NCBI GenBank assembly: GCA_965363675.1
Contig: CBDTTW010000002.1
Location: 1 to 42,920 of the forward strand
DNA length: 42,920 nucleotides
Source of the DNA: an uncultured Rhodothermaceae bacterium
GTDB taxonomy: Bacteria; Bacteroidota; Rhodothermia; Rhodothermales; DASSAV01
Direction of reading: 5' to 3'
Of this stretch, positions 16,695-24,931 are shown one piece after another (position 1 is the stretch's first letter; the number at the start of each line of letters is the position of its first letter). Under the pieces are notes generated by a model. It did not search any database and was not told where the DNA came from. It saw only the letters and a list, made by a program, of their open reading frames with translations. Made by a program: the position numbers and the translations under genes.

Positions 16695-18431
16695 TCAGGA
16701 GTGGGGGGCGGCCAGGGCGAGCACGCGCCGCGCCTGCCGGGCGGCGCCGTCCGGGCCGTATGCCTCGAAGAGCAGCACGTAGAGGCCCAGCGGAAGCGCC
16801 CGCCCGGCGTCGTCGAGGCCGTCCCAGTCGAACTGCCCGGCGGCGGGGGCGGGCGTCGCCGGGGTGAGCGTGCGCACGAGCCGCCCGCCGAGGTCGTAGA
16901 TGCGCGCCCGCACGGCGCCGCCCCTCTGCGCCCCCGCGAAGCGCACCATCAGCACATCCTCGAAGCCGTCGCCGTCGGGGGAGAACGGCACAGGGCCGAC
17001 CTCGACCCGGAGCGCCCCGGCCTCTTCAGCGCCGCCGAGGCTGTTGGGGCATCCGGGCGTGCCGCCCGAGGCATCGACGCTGCTGGACCACGCGCCGCCC
17101 TCCGCGCGCTCCAGGCTGACGCCCGCCGTCGCGGCGAGGAACGGATTGTGCTGCGCCGGAGCGTACGCCGCCTCGTCTACGAGGCCGCCCCCCGGAAGGC
17201 GCAGCGCCAGGCGGTCGCCGCCGTCGTTCAGCCCCAGGTCGGCCCGCGCGAGCGTGTAGACGTACGCCTCCGGGCAAGCGGCCCCGCCGCCCGCCGCACG
17301 GAGCACGACGAACCCGCGCCCCGGCGCAAGGGCCGGGCCTTCGGCCAGCGGCAGCTTGCCGCCGGCGGCGTCCTCCAGGTATAGGCCGTACAGGTAGCGC
17401 GGCCCCGCCGCCGCGTTCTCCCACTCGACGTACTCCGACTGGCCGGTTCGGGGTGCATAGAGGATTTCGTTGAAAACCAGCTCGCCCGGCGCGGGCGGCG
17501 GCGCCACGGCGGCGTGGGCCTGCCCGAGCCGGTTGCCGTAGCGGTCGCGCACGCCCTCGACGCGCAGCAGGGCCTCCGCCGGGGCTTCCGCGCCGAAGTG
17601 CAGGCGGTAGGCGCGCTCCGTGAGCATCTCCAGCCGCAGCGGGCGCTGCTCGCCCCAACGGAACGCCTCGGGGACGGCCGAGGACGGCAGCAGCGGCTCG
17701 TCGAAGGTTGCGTCTACGGCCGTGGGGGCGGCGCGGCCGGCCAGCAGCAGCCGGGGCGGGGCGGCGTCGGCGGCAAGCGGCTCCGCGAAAAGGTCGTCGA
17801 AGCGGTAGGCGGCCCCTGCGGCGGCCGAGTGCTTCACCCACAGGCCGAAGTACGGCCCCCACCGGTGCGCGTCGTCGTGGGCGCTGAAGGCGAGCGTCCC
17901 GTCCACCCACACCTGCCAGGCGCCTTCCGGCCCGCGCGTCGCCTCCAGCGTCAGGTCGGCGCTGCGTTGCCGGAGGGCCTCCGGCGCCGCCCCTCCGAGC
18001 AGCGTGCGCTGCTCCGGGAGGCCGTCCTGGCGGTACAGGCGCACCTCGTCGGCGTTGTTCGTCCCGATTTGCAAATAGTAGCCGCGCACCGGGCCTTCGA
18101 GGTCGGGCGCGTCGGCCACGAGGTAGATGCGCGCGCCGTTGGCATTGCTTAGATTGAGGTCGCGGTAGCCGAACCGCAGCGACCAGCGCCCGTAGGCGAC
18201 GTGGCTTTCCGTGCTGATCGTCAGCGTATCGGCCGCAGGACCCCCGGCGGTGTGCAGGGCAAAGTCGGCTCCTTCGGGCGCGAGCACCCAACCCGGTTGG
18301 AAGCGCTGCCAGGAGGGGTCTCGCTCCAACTCGCCGTCCGCAAAACGCTCGTGGAGCTGGGCGCGCGCCGGCGCGGCCAGGCGCAGGCAGACCAGGCACA
18401 GACAGAGGATCAGAAGGCGAAGCGCGGTCAT
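16695..18431 (-). CDS. Secreted multidomain protein: LamG/jelly-roll-like N-domain, lamin-tail domain (LTD), C-terminal FlgD-Ig/T9SS-like domain
   Basis: The true start is the internal MTALRLLILCLCLVCLRLAAPARAQ signal peptide (ATG 18431). LTD block ELVFNEILYAPRTGQSEYVEWENAAAGPRYLYGLYLED. C-terminal block FSPDGDGFEDVLMVRF...ARIYDLGGRLVRTL...FDWDGLDDAGRALPLGLYVLLFEA. Confidence 0.8.
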   Translation of the reverse strand: MTALRLLILCLCLVCLRLAAPARAQLHERFADGELERDPSWQRFQPGWVLAPEGADFALHTAGGPAADTLTISTESHVAYGRWSLRFGYRDLNLSNANGARIYLVADAPDLEGPVRGYYLQIGTNNADEVRLYRQDGLPEQRTLLGGAAPEALRQRSADLTLEATRGPEGAWQVWVDGTLAFSAHDDAHRWGPYFGLWVKHSAAAGAAYRFDDLFAEPLAADAAPPRLLLAGRAAPTAVDATFDEPLLPSSAVPEAFRWGEQRPLRLEMLTERAYRLHFGAEAPAEALLRVEGVRDRYGNRLGQAHAAVAPPPAPGELVFNEILYAPRTGQSEYVEWENAAAGPRYLYGLYLEDAAGGKLPLAEGPALAPGRGFVVLRAAGGGAACPEAYVYTLARADLGLNDGGDRLALRLPGGGLVDEAAYAPAQHNPFLAATAGVSLERAEGGAWSSSVDASGGTPGCPNSLGGAEEAGALRVEVGPVPFSPDGDGFEDVLMVRFAGAQRGGAVRARIYDLGGRLVRTLTPATPAPAAGQFDWDGLDDAGRALPLGLYVLLFEAYGPDGAARQARRVLALAAPHS

Positions 18432-18536
18432 CGGCAGGCGGCGAGCGGGCGCGGCATACGGGCGATAGCAGCAGGCGGCCCCCGGCGCGTTTCGGCAAGG
18501 GAGCCTTTCCACCAATTCCGACAAAGGTACACGCAT

Positions 18537-19823
18537 ATGCTCGACCAGGACAACGTGCAGGACGCCAACCGGGGCCTGCAATCCACCCACGAAAGCGATT
18601 TTGCCCACGCCGCCGACCGTCTCGGCAGGCGCGGCGTCGATGTGGAGGCCGTCGTCGCGGCGGTGCAGGCCTTCGAGGTTGCCATTCCGTCGTGGGCCCT
18701 CGGCACGGGCGGCACTCGCTTCGGTCGCTTCCCCCGGGGCGGCGAGCCCCGCGACATCTTCGAGAAGCTGGAGGATGTGGCCGTCGTGCACCGGCTCACG
18801 GGCACCGCCCCGGCCGTCTCGCTGCACATCCCCTGGGACGAGCCCGAAGACCCGGAGGCTTTGCGGCGGCATGCCGCTGCGCTCGGGCTGAGCTTCGATG
18901 CGGTCAACTCGAACACCTTCCAGGACCAGGCGGGCCAGGCGCTCAGCTACAAGTTCGGCTCGCTCTGCCACACCGACCCGGCGGTGCGCCGCCAGGCCGT
19001 CGAGCACAACCTGCACGTCATCGAGGTCGGGCAGACGCTCGGCTCGCAGGCCATTACGATCTGGCTGGCCGACGGCAGCAACTTCCCCGGACAGATGCAC
19101 CTCCGGCGCAGCTTCGAGCGCACCCTGGAGGCGCTCCAGGCCATCTACGCGCAGCTTCCGGCGGACTGGAAGCTCTTTACGGAGCACAAGCCCTACGAGC
19201 CTGCCTTCTACGCCACCGTCGTGCAGGATTGGGGCTCGTCGTACCTGCTGGCGACGGCGCTCGGCGAGCGCGCCGAATGCCTCGTGGATTTGGGGCACCA
19301 CCTCCCCAACACCAATATCGAACTGGTCGTGGCGCGGCTCATCGGCGCGGGCAAGCTCGGCGGCTTCCACTTCAACGACAGCAAATACGGCGACGACGAC
19401 CTGACGACGGGCTCAATCCAGCCGTATCAGCTTTTCCTGATCTTCAACGAACTCGTTGATGCGGCCCAGACGTTCGGGGCGGCGTTCCGCCCGGCCTACA
19501 TGCTCGACCAGAGCCACAACCTGAAAGACCCCATCGAGGCGCTCGCGCAGAGCGTGCTGGCGCTGCAACGCGCTTACTGCCAAGCCCTGCTCGTGGACCG
19601 CGCCGCGCTGGAGGGCTTCCAGGAAGCCAACGATGTGCTCATGGCCGAGCAGACCGTGCGCGCCGCCTTCGAGACGGATGCGGCCCCGCTCATCGCGGAG
19701 GCGCGCCGCCGCGCCGGGGCTGCCCTCGACCCGATCGCCTGCTTCCGCGCCTCCGGCTACCGGGCGCGCAAGGAAGAGGAGCGCGCCGGGGCCGCCGCCT
19801 ACGCGCCGCCGCAGTCGCTCTAG
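18537..19823 (+). CDS. L-rhamnose isomerase-like sugar isomerase (Pseudomonas stutzeri RhaI type, xylose-isomerase-like TIM barrel)
   Basis: From the internal ATG 18537: RRGVDVEAVVAAVQAFEVAIPSWALGTGGTRFGRFPRGGEPRDIFEKLEDVAVVHRLTGTAPAVSLHIPWD closely parallels the N-terminal region of P. stutzeri-type L-RhI. 428 aa. Confidence 0.8.
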   Translation: MLDQDNVQDANRGLQSTHESDFAHAADRLGRRGVDVEAVVAAVQAFEVAIPSWALGTGGTRFGRFPRGGEPRDIFEKLEDVAVVHRLTGTAPAVSLHIPWDEPEDPEALRRHAAALGLSFDAVNSNTFQDQAGQALSYKFGSLCHTDPAVRRQAVEHNLHVIEVGQTLGSQAITIWLADGSNFPGQMHLRRSFERTLEALQAIYAQLPADWKLFTEHKPYEPAFYATVVQDWGSSYLLATALGERAECLVDLGHHLPNTNIELVVARLIGAGKLGGFHFNDSKYGDDDLTTGSIQPYQLFLIFNELVDAAQTFGAAFRPAYMLDQSHNLKDPIEALAQSVLALQRAYCQALLVDRAALEGFQEANDVLMAEQTVRAAFETDAAPLIAEARRRAGAALDPIACFRASGYRARKEEERAGAAAYAPPQSL

Positions 19824-20590
19824 AGGATCTGGGAGTACGGCGTCGGCTCGTAGACGGCGCGATGGATATACCCGACGATCTCGCCGTGCTGCTGCACCGA
19901 CGCGGCCGAGACGCGCGTCCACTCGGGGTCGGCGCGGAAACCGGCCCACGCCGCCTCGCGGGCGGCGAGGCTCTCGAAGGGCGTCAGGTAGACGAGGCTG
20001 GGGCGGTCCGGGCCGTAGACGGTCTCGCCGTAGAGGATCGGGCGGATGCCGTGCTTGTGGAACAGCGGGATCTCCGGCCCGGCGAAGCGCTCGTGCAGGC
20101 GCGCAAGCTGCCGCTCGGTCGGGGCATGGTACAGGCGGTACTCGAAGATGCCCGGGCGCGCGCCCTCGGGCGAGGCCGCCAGCGGCGCGGCGTAGGGCGT
20201 CGCGCGCAGCAGCCGCGACTCGTTCCGGTCGAAGGCCGGCCCGTCCTGCTCCAGCCGGGCCATGCCCTCGGCCCACGCCGGGTCCGCCTGCACGCCCTGC
20301 CAGCCCCGGGCGAAGGCCGCCGGGTCCGACATGTCGATCACCATCAGCACGTGCGGCGTGTGCTCGCCGATGGCGACCTTGAATACCCCTACCGGCCCCA
20401 CGCCGTGCCGCGCGAAGAGCGGCATCGCCGAGGCGCGCAGCCAGGTTTCCAGGCGGCTGACCTGGGGACCGTTCTGCATGTAGAAGAACGTCAGCTCGTA
20501 GTACCCGGCCGCCGCAGGGGCCGGGCGCAGGCCAAGGCCGGCGGCGGTCGCCGCCGCGGCGCCCGTCTGCAAGAAATTGCGTCGGTTCAT
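19820..20590 (-). CDS. Tat-signal NIPSNAP-family protein (two NIPSNAP-like repeats)
   Basis: Twin-arginine leader MNRRNFLQTGAAAATAAG. Two repeated alpha+beta units (YELTFFYMQ...; IFEYRLYHAP...) typical of NIPSNAP/dimeric alpha-beta barrel proteins. Confidence 0.75.
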   Translation of the reverse strand: MNRRNFLQTGAAAATAAGLGLRPAPAAAGYYELTFFYMQNGPQVSRLETWLRASAMPLFARHGVGPVGVFKVAIGEHTPHVLMVIDMSDPAAFARGWQGVQADPAWAEGMARLEQDGPAFDRNESRLLRATPYAAPLAASPEGARPGIFEYRLYHAPTERQLARLHERFAGPEIPLFHKHGIRPILYGETVYGPDRPSLVYLTPFESLAAREAAWAGFRADPEWTRVSAASVQQHGEIVGYIHRAVYEPTPYSQIL

Positions 20591-20722
20591 GAGGATTCAG
20601 GGTTGAGGGAGGGGAATCGTAGGGCGGGGGTGGATGCAGCCCCCGGAAAAAATTATACTGATTTAACGGGCGCGTTCCGACAGGCGCGCCGGTTTCTGTT
20701 TCCTCGTTCGCGCCTTCGCCGT

Positions 20723-22672
20723 ATGCACGTCCGCCGCCTCTGCCTTCTTGCCTTGCTCGCGTGCCTGGCGGCCGCGCCGTGCGGCCGGGCGCAGCCGGCG
20801 CAGATGCTCAACGCGCTGCGGGCGGGGCACCCCCGGCTGCTGCTCACCTCGCAGGACCAGGCGCGCCTGGCCGAGCGGGCGGCCTCGGATACGCTCCTGG
20901 CGCTGCTGCTCAAAGAAACGCAGGTGCGGGCCAACCGCGCCCTTTCGGAGCCTACAGTGCGCTACGAGCTGGTCGGGCCGCGCCTGCTGGCCCAAAGCCG
21001 CAGCGCCATCGACCGCATCCTGCCCTTGGCCCTGACGTACCGCCTGACGCGCAACCACGTGTACCTGGAGCGGGCCGCGCAGGAGATGCGGGCCGCCGCC
21101 GCGCTCAAGGACTGGAACCCGAGCCACTTCCTCGATGTGGCCGAGATGACGACGGCGCTCGCCATCGGCTACGACTGGCTCAAGCTGGGCCTGACCGAGG
21201 AGGAGCGCGCCGCCGTCCGCACGGCCATCATCGAAAAGGGCCTTCAGCCGGGGCTGAGGGCGTACCGCGAGAACGCCTTCTGGGTCAAGGACCGCCCGAG
21301 CAACTGGACGCAGGTCTGCAATGCGGGCCTGCTCCTGGGCGCGCTCGCCGTCGCCTACGAAGCGCCTGACCTGGCCGAAGCCGTCGTGCGGAACGTCTAC
21401 GCTTCCATCCCGCACGGCATGGAATCCTACCGTCCCGACGGCCAGTACGTCGAGGGGCCTTCCTACTGGGAGTACGCCGCCACTTACAACGCGCTGCTCA
21501 TCGAGGCGCTGCGCACGGCGATGGGCGAGGACTGGGGCCTGCCCGAGGCGCCGGGCTTTGCGGCTACGGCGGACTACTTCATCCACATGATCACGCCCGC
21601 GCGCCGGCTCTACAACTACGCCGACGGCGGCCCGGGCTTCGGTACGGCGCCGGTGCTGGGCTGGCTGGCTCGGAACTTCGAGCGCCCCGATCAGGCGGCT
21701 TTTTACCGGGCGCTGCTGCGCGAGCGTTTGCAGGCGCCGCCTGCGAAGCCCGGCAAGAACCTGCTCGGCGGGCGCTTCCTGGCGCTCGAAGCGCTCTGGT
21801 GCCCCCCCGAGCCCTCCGGCCGCCTCCGACCGGCGCCGCTCGACGCGCTCTTTCGCGGCGAGGGCGACGTGGCGGCCCTGCGCAGCAGTTGGCGCGGCGA
21901 CGCCCTCTACGTTGGCTTCAAAGGCGGCAAGAACAACGCCAGCCATGCGCACCTCGACATCGGATCGTTCATCCTGGAGGCCGACGGCGTGCGGTGGGCG
22001 CTCGACCTGGGGCCGGACGACTACAACCTGCCCGGCTACTGGTCCTTCGGCGAGGACGGCAAGCGCTGGAGTTACTTCCGCCTGAACAACCTCAGCCACA
22101 ATACGCTTGCCGTCGGCGGCAAGCGGCAGAAAGCCGCCGCCGTCTCCCGCGCCACGGCCTTCGCCTCGACCCCGGCGCGCGCGCACGCCGTCATGGATCT
22201 GAGCGAAGCCTATGCAGGGCAGGCCGCCCGCGTGCGGCGCGGCGTGGCCTTGCTGAACCGCCGCCGCGTGCTCGTGCAGGACGAGCTGGAGGGCGTGCAG
22301 GAGGGGGCTGAAGTGCGCTGGGCCATGGCGACCGAAGCCGAAGTGAAAATCGACGGCCGCCGGGCCGCGCTGACGCAGGGCGGCAAGACGCTGCACGCCG
22401 AGATCCTTTCGCCTGCCGGCGCCCGCTTCGAGCTGGCCTCCACCGACCCCGGCGACGACCGCCAGCACCAGAACAAAGGCGCGCGCATGCTCGTGGCGCA
22501 CGTCGAGAGCCGGGGGCGCAAAACGCCGATGCGCATTGCGGTGCTGCTTACGCCCGTCGGGCGCGGTTGGGGGCGCATGGCTGCTCCGGCCCTGACGCCG
22601 CTCTCGGCATGGAAAAACACCCACCCGGAGATCAAAGCCGAGGCGGCGACGCCCCGGCAGGCGCCGAAATAA
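20723..22672 (+). CDS. Secreted heparinase II/III-family (polysaccharide lyase-like) protein
   Basis: Internal start MHVRRLCLLALLACLAAAPCGRAQ (signal peptide). (alpha/alpha)-toroid-type N-terminal region, then the C-terminal heparinase II/III block NNASHAHLDIGSFILEADGVRWALDLG...LNNLSHNTLAVGG. Confidence 0.8.
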   Translation: MHVRRLCLLALLACLAAAPCGRAQPAQMLNALRAGHPRLLLTSQDQARLAERAASDTLLALLLKETQVRANRALSEPTVRYELVGPRLLAQSRSAIDRILPLALTYRLTRNHVYLERAAQEMRAAAALKDWNPSHFLDVAEMTTALAIGYDWLKLGLTEEERAAVRTAIIEKGLQPGLRAYRENAFWVKDRPSNWTQVCNAGLLLGALAVAYEAPDLAEAVVRNVYASIPHGMESYRPDGQYVEGPSYWEYAATYNALLIEALRTAMGEDWGLPEAPGFAATADYFIHMITPARRLYNYADGGPGFGTAPVLGWLARNFERPDQAAFYRALLRERLQAPPAKPGKNLLGGRFLALEALWCPPEPSGRLRPAPLDALFRGEGDVAALRSSWRGDALYVGFKGGKNNASHAHLDIGSFILEADGVRWALDLGPDDYNLPGYWSFGEDGKRWSYFRLNNLSHNTLAVGGKRQKAAAVSRATAFASTPARAHAVMDLSEAYAGQAARVRRGVALLNRRRVLVQDELEGVQEGAEVRWAMATEAEVKIDGRRAALTQGGKTLHAEILSPAGARFELASTDPGDDRQHQNKGARMLVAHVESRGRKTPMRIAVLLTPVGRGWGRMAAPALTPLSAWKNTHPEIKAEAATPRQAPK

Positions 22673-22682
22673 CCTTATCCGT

Positions 22683-23933
22683 ATGGCTATGAACAGACGT
22701 CGATTCCTTCAGACAACGGCCGTTGCGGCGGCAGGGCTGCCGCTGTTCACGGCGCGCAGCTACGCCCGCATCCTCGGCGCCAACGACCGCCTGCAAAGCG
22801 CCCTTATCGGCTGCGGCGGCATCGGGCGAGCGCACCTGAACACCCTGCTGGCCCTTCAGGAGCCCGACGCCATCGACCTCGTCGCCCTGTGCGACGTGTA
22901 CGACACGCGCGCCAAATACTTCGCGGAGATCGCCGCCGCCTCGGGCGCGCAGCCCGCCGTCTACCACCGCCACGAGGACGTGCTGGCGCACAAAGACCTC
23001 GACGTGGTGACGATTGCCGTGCCCGAGCACTGGCACGCGCGCCTCGCCCTCGACGCGCTCGCGTCGGGCAAGCACGTCTACGTCGAGAAGCCGATGACGT
23101 TCAAAATCGACGAGGCGTACCAGGTGCTCAAAAAGGTCCGGGATACGGGCCTCAAGATGCAGGTCGGCGTGCAGGGCATGAGCGACGAGAGCTACGCCAC
23201 GGCGGCGGAAGCCATTGCCGAGGGCGCCATCGGGCCGGTCGTGCAGGCCGAGATCGACTACGTGCGCCGCTACCCGCTCGAACGCGGCCCCTGGCGCGAG
23301 GACACCGACCCGAAGATGGAAAAGCCGGAGGACCTGGACTGGAAGCGCTGGCTCGGCCCGGCTCCGGCGCGCCCCTGGAGCGCCCCCCGGTACTTCGAGT
23401 GGCGCAACTATAAGGACTATTCGGGCGGCATCGCCAGCGACTTGTTCATCCACCGCCTGACGCGCATCATCCGAGCGTGCAACCTGGACCTGCCTACCCA
23501 AGTCGTCGGCATGGGCGGCATCTACCTGTGGGACGACGGGCGCGACTTGCCGGACAACCTGGAGATGCTGGCCTCCTACCCGGCCGTCAAAGGCATCACG
23601 CCCGGCATGACGGTGCGGGTGCTCGGCACGATGGCGAACGACCAGGGCAACAACCACCGCATCCGGGGGGCCGCCGGCTCGCTCGTCTTTACACCGCTCG
23701 GCTGGGACATCGTGGCCCCGGACGGCAAGGTCGTCCGCAGCTACAAGAAAGAGGGCGGCGAGCGCCTCGATTTGCACCACAAGAACCACCATGCCGCCAT
23801 CCGCGAGGGGGCCGCGCTTCACTGCCCGCCGGAACTCGGCCTCAAGGGCGTCGTCCCGATCACGGGCGTCGTAGATTCGTGGTTCAAGAAGCGCTCGCTC
23901 ACGTGGGAGGCCGACAAGCGGCGCTGGGCGTAG
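22683..23933 (+). CDS. Tat-signal Gfo/Idh/MocA-family oxidoreductase
   Basis: Twin-arginine leader MAMNRRRFLQTTAVAAAGLP. Rossmann region LIGCGGIGRAH...VTIAVPEHWHA...GKHVYVEKPM. Confidence 0.9.
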   Translation: MAMNRRRFLQTTAVAAAGLPLFTARSYARILGANDRLQSALIGCGGIGRAHLNTLLALQEPDAIDLVALCDVYDTRAKYFAEIAAASGAQPAVYHRHEDVLAHKDLDVVTIAVPEHWHARLALDALASGKHVYVEKPMTFKIDEAYQVLKKVRDTGLKMQVGVQGMSDESYATAAEAIAEGAIGPVVQAEIDYVRRYPLERGPWREDTDPKMEKPEDLDWKRWLGPAPARPWSAPRYFEWRNYKDYSGGIASDLFIHRLTRIIRACNLDLPTQVVGMGGIYLWDDGRDLPDNLEMLASYPAVKGITPGMTVRVLGTMANDQGNNHRIRGAAGSLVFTPLGWDIVAPDGKVVRSYKKEGGERLDLHHKNHHAAIREGAALHCPPELGLKGVVPITGVVDSWFKKRSLTWEADKRRWA

Positions 23934-23936
23934 GCG

Positions 23937-24824
23937 CTAGGCGCGGGCGGCGTCCAGGCGGCGGGCGGCTTCGAGCGTGCTCGCCAGAAGCATGGCAATG
24001 GTCATCGGCCCGACGCCGCCGGGCACGGGCGTAATGGCGCCGGCCTTTTCGGCTACGGCGTCGAAGTCCACGTCGCCCGTAAGGCGGTAGCCGCGCGGGT
24101 GGGCGGCGTCCTCGACGCGGTTGATGCCTACGTCGATCACGACGGCGCCCTCGCGCACCATGTCGGCCGTGATGAATCCGGCGATGCCGATGGCCGCCAC
24201 GAGTACGTCGGCCTGGCGCGTCAGGGCGGGCAAATCGCGCGTGCGGCTGTGGCAGACCGTCACGGTGGCGTCGATGCCTTTGCGCAGCAGCAGGTTGGCA
24301 AGCGGCTTGCCGACGATATTCGAGCGCCCGACGACGACGACGTGCGCCCCGCGCGGGTCATAGCCGCTGCGCCGCAGCATCTCGACGACGCCGGCGGGCG
24401 TGGCCGGCACAAAGCCCGGCTCGCCGATGGCCAGGCGGCCTGCGTTGATCGGGTGGAAGCCGTCTACGTCTTTGTCCGGGTTGATCGCGTGGATCACCTT
24501 GCGCTCGTCGATATGCGCCGGAAGCGGAAGCTGCACCAGGATGCCGTCCACGTCGTCGCGCGCGTTCAGGTCGGCGATCACCGCGAGCAGCTCGGCTTCG
24601 GTCAGGTCGGCGCCGTACGTGAGCGTGTCGCTGGCGATGCCGACTTCCTCGGCGGCGCGCGTCTTGCCGCGCACGTACGAGGCCGAGGCCGGGTCCTCCC
24701 CGACGAGCACTACGGCCAGGTAGGGCGGCCGGCGGCCGGCGCCGGTCCAGGCGGTTACGTCCTGCTTGACATCCGCCCGCACGGCGGCGGCGATTTCGGT
24801 TCCGTTGATGCGCGTAGCGGCCAT
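23937..24824 (-). CDS. folD: Bifunctional 5,10-methylene-THF dehydrogenase / methenyl-THF cyclohydrolase
   Basis: PYLAVVLVGEDPASASYVRGKTRAAEEVGI, VQLPLPAHID, VVVVGRSNIVGKPLANLLL and PVPGGVGPMTIAMLL are canonical FolD blocks. Confidence 0.95.
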   Translation of the reverse strand: MAATRINGTEIAAAVRADVKQDVTAWTGAGRRPPYLAVVLVGEDPASASYVRGKTRAAEEVGIASDTLTYGADLTEAELLAVIADLNARDDVDGILVQLPLPAHIDERKVIHAINPDKDVDGFHPINAGRLAIGEPGFVPATPAGVVEMLRRSGYDPRGAHVVVVGRSNIVGKPLANLLLRKGIDATVTVCHSRTRDLPALTRQADVLVAAIGIAGFITADMVREGAVVIDVGINRVEDAAHPRGYRLTGDVDFDAVAEKAGAITPVPGGVGPMTIAMLLASTLEAARRLDAARA

Positions 24825-24931
24825 GGCTCCCTGCGGGTTCGTCGTCGGTGTGGGCGTTGCAGGGGGAAGCTACGCCCGGCGCTTCGCGTGAAGTGTGAAG
24901 CGTTCTCTAGTTCCGGCAGGAGCGCGGCGCC

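Noticed and set aside
18432-19370. N-terminal 313 codons of the 891-aa ORF 16695..19370
   Set aside because: This part is antisense to the RhaI-like gene and lacks any signal or domain. A textbook signal peptide begins at the internal ATG 18431.
20663-22624. 653-aa minus-strand ORF opposite the heparinase II/III-like gene
   Set aside because: Antisense artefact. The plus-strand product has a signal peptide and the NNASHAHLD...SHNT heparinase II/III block.
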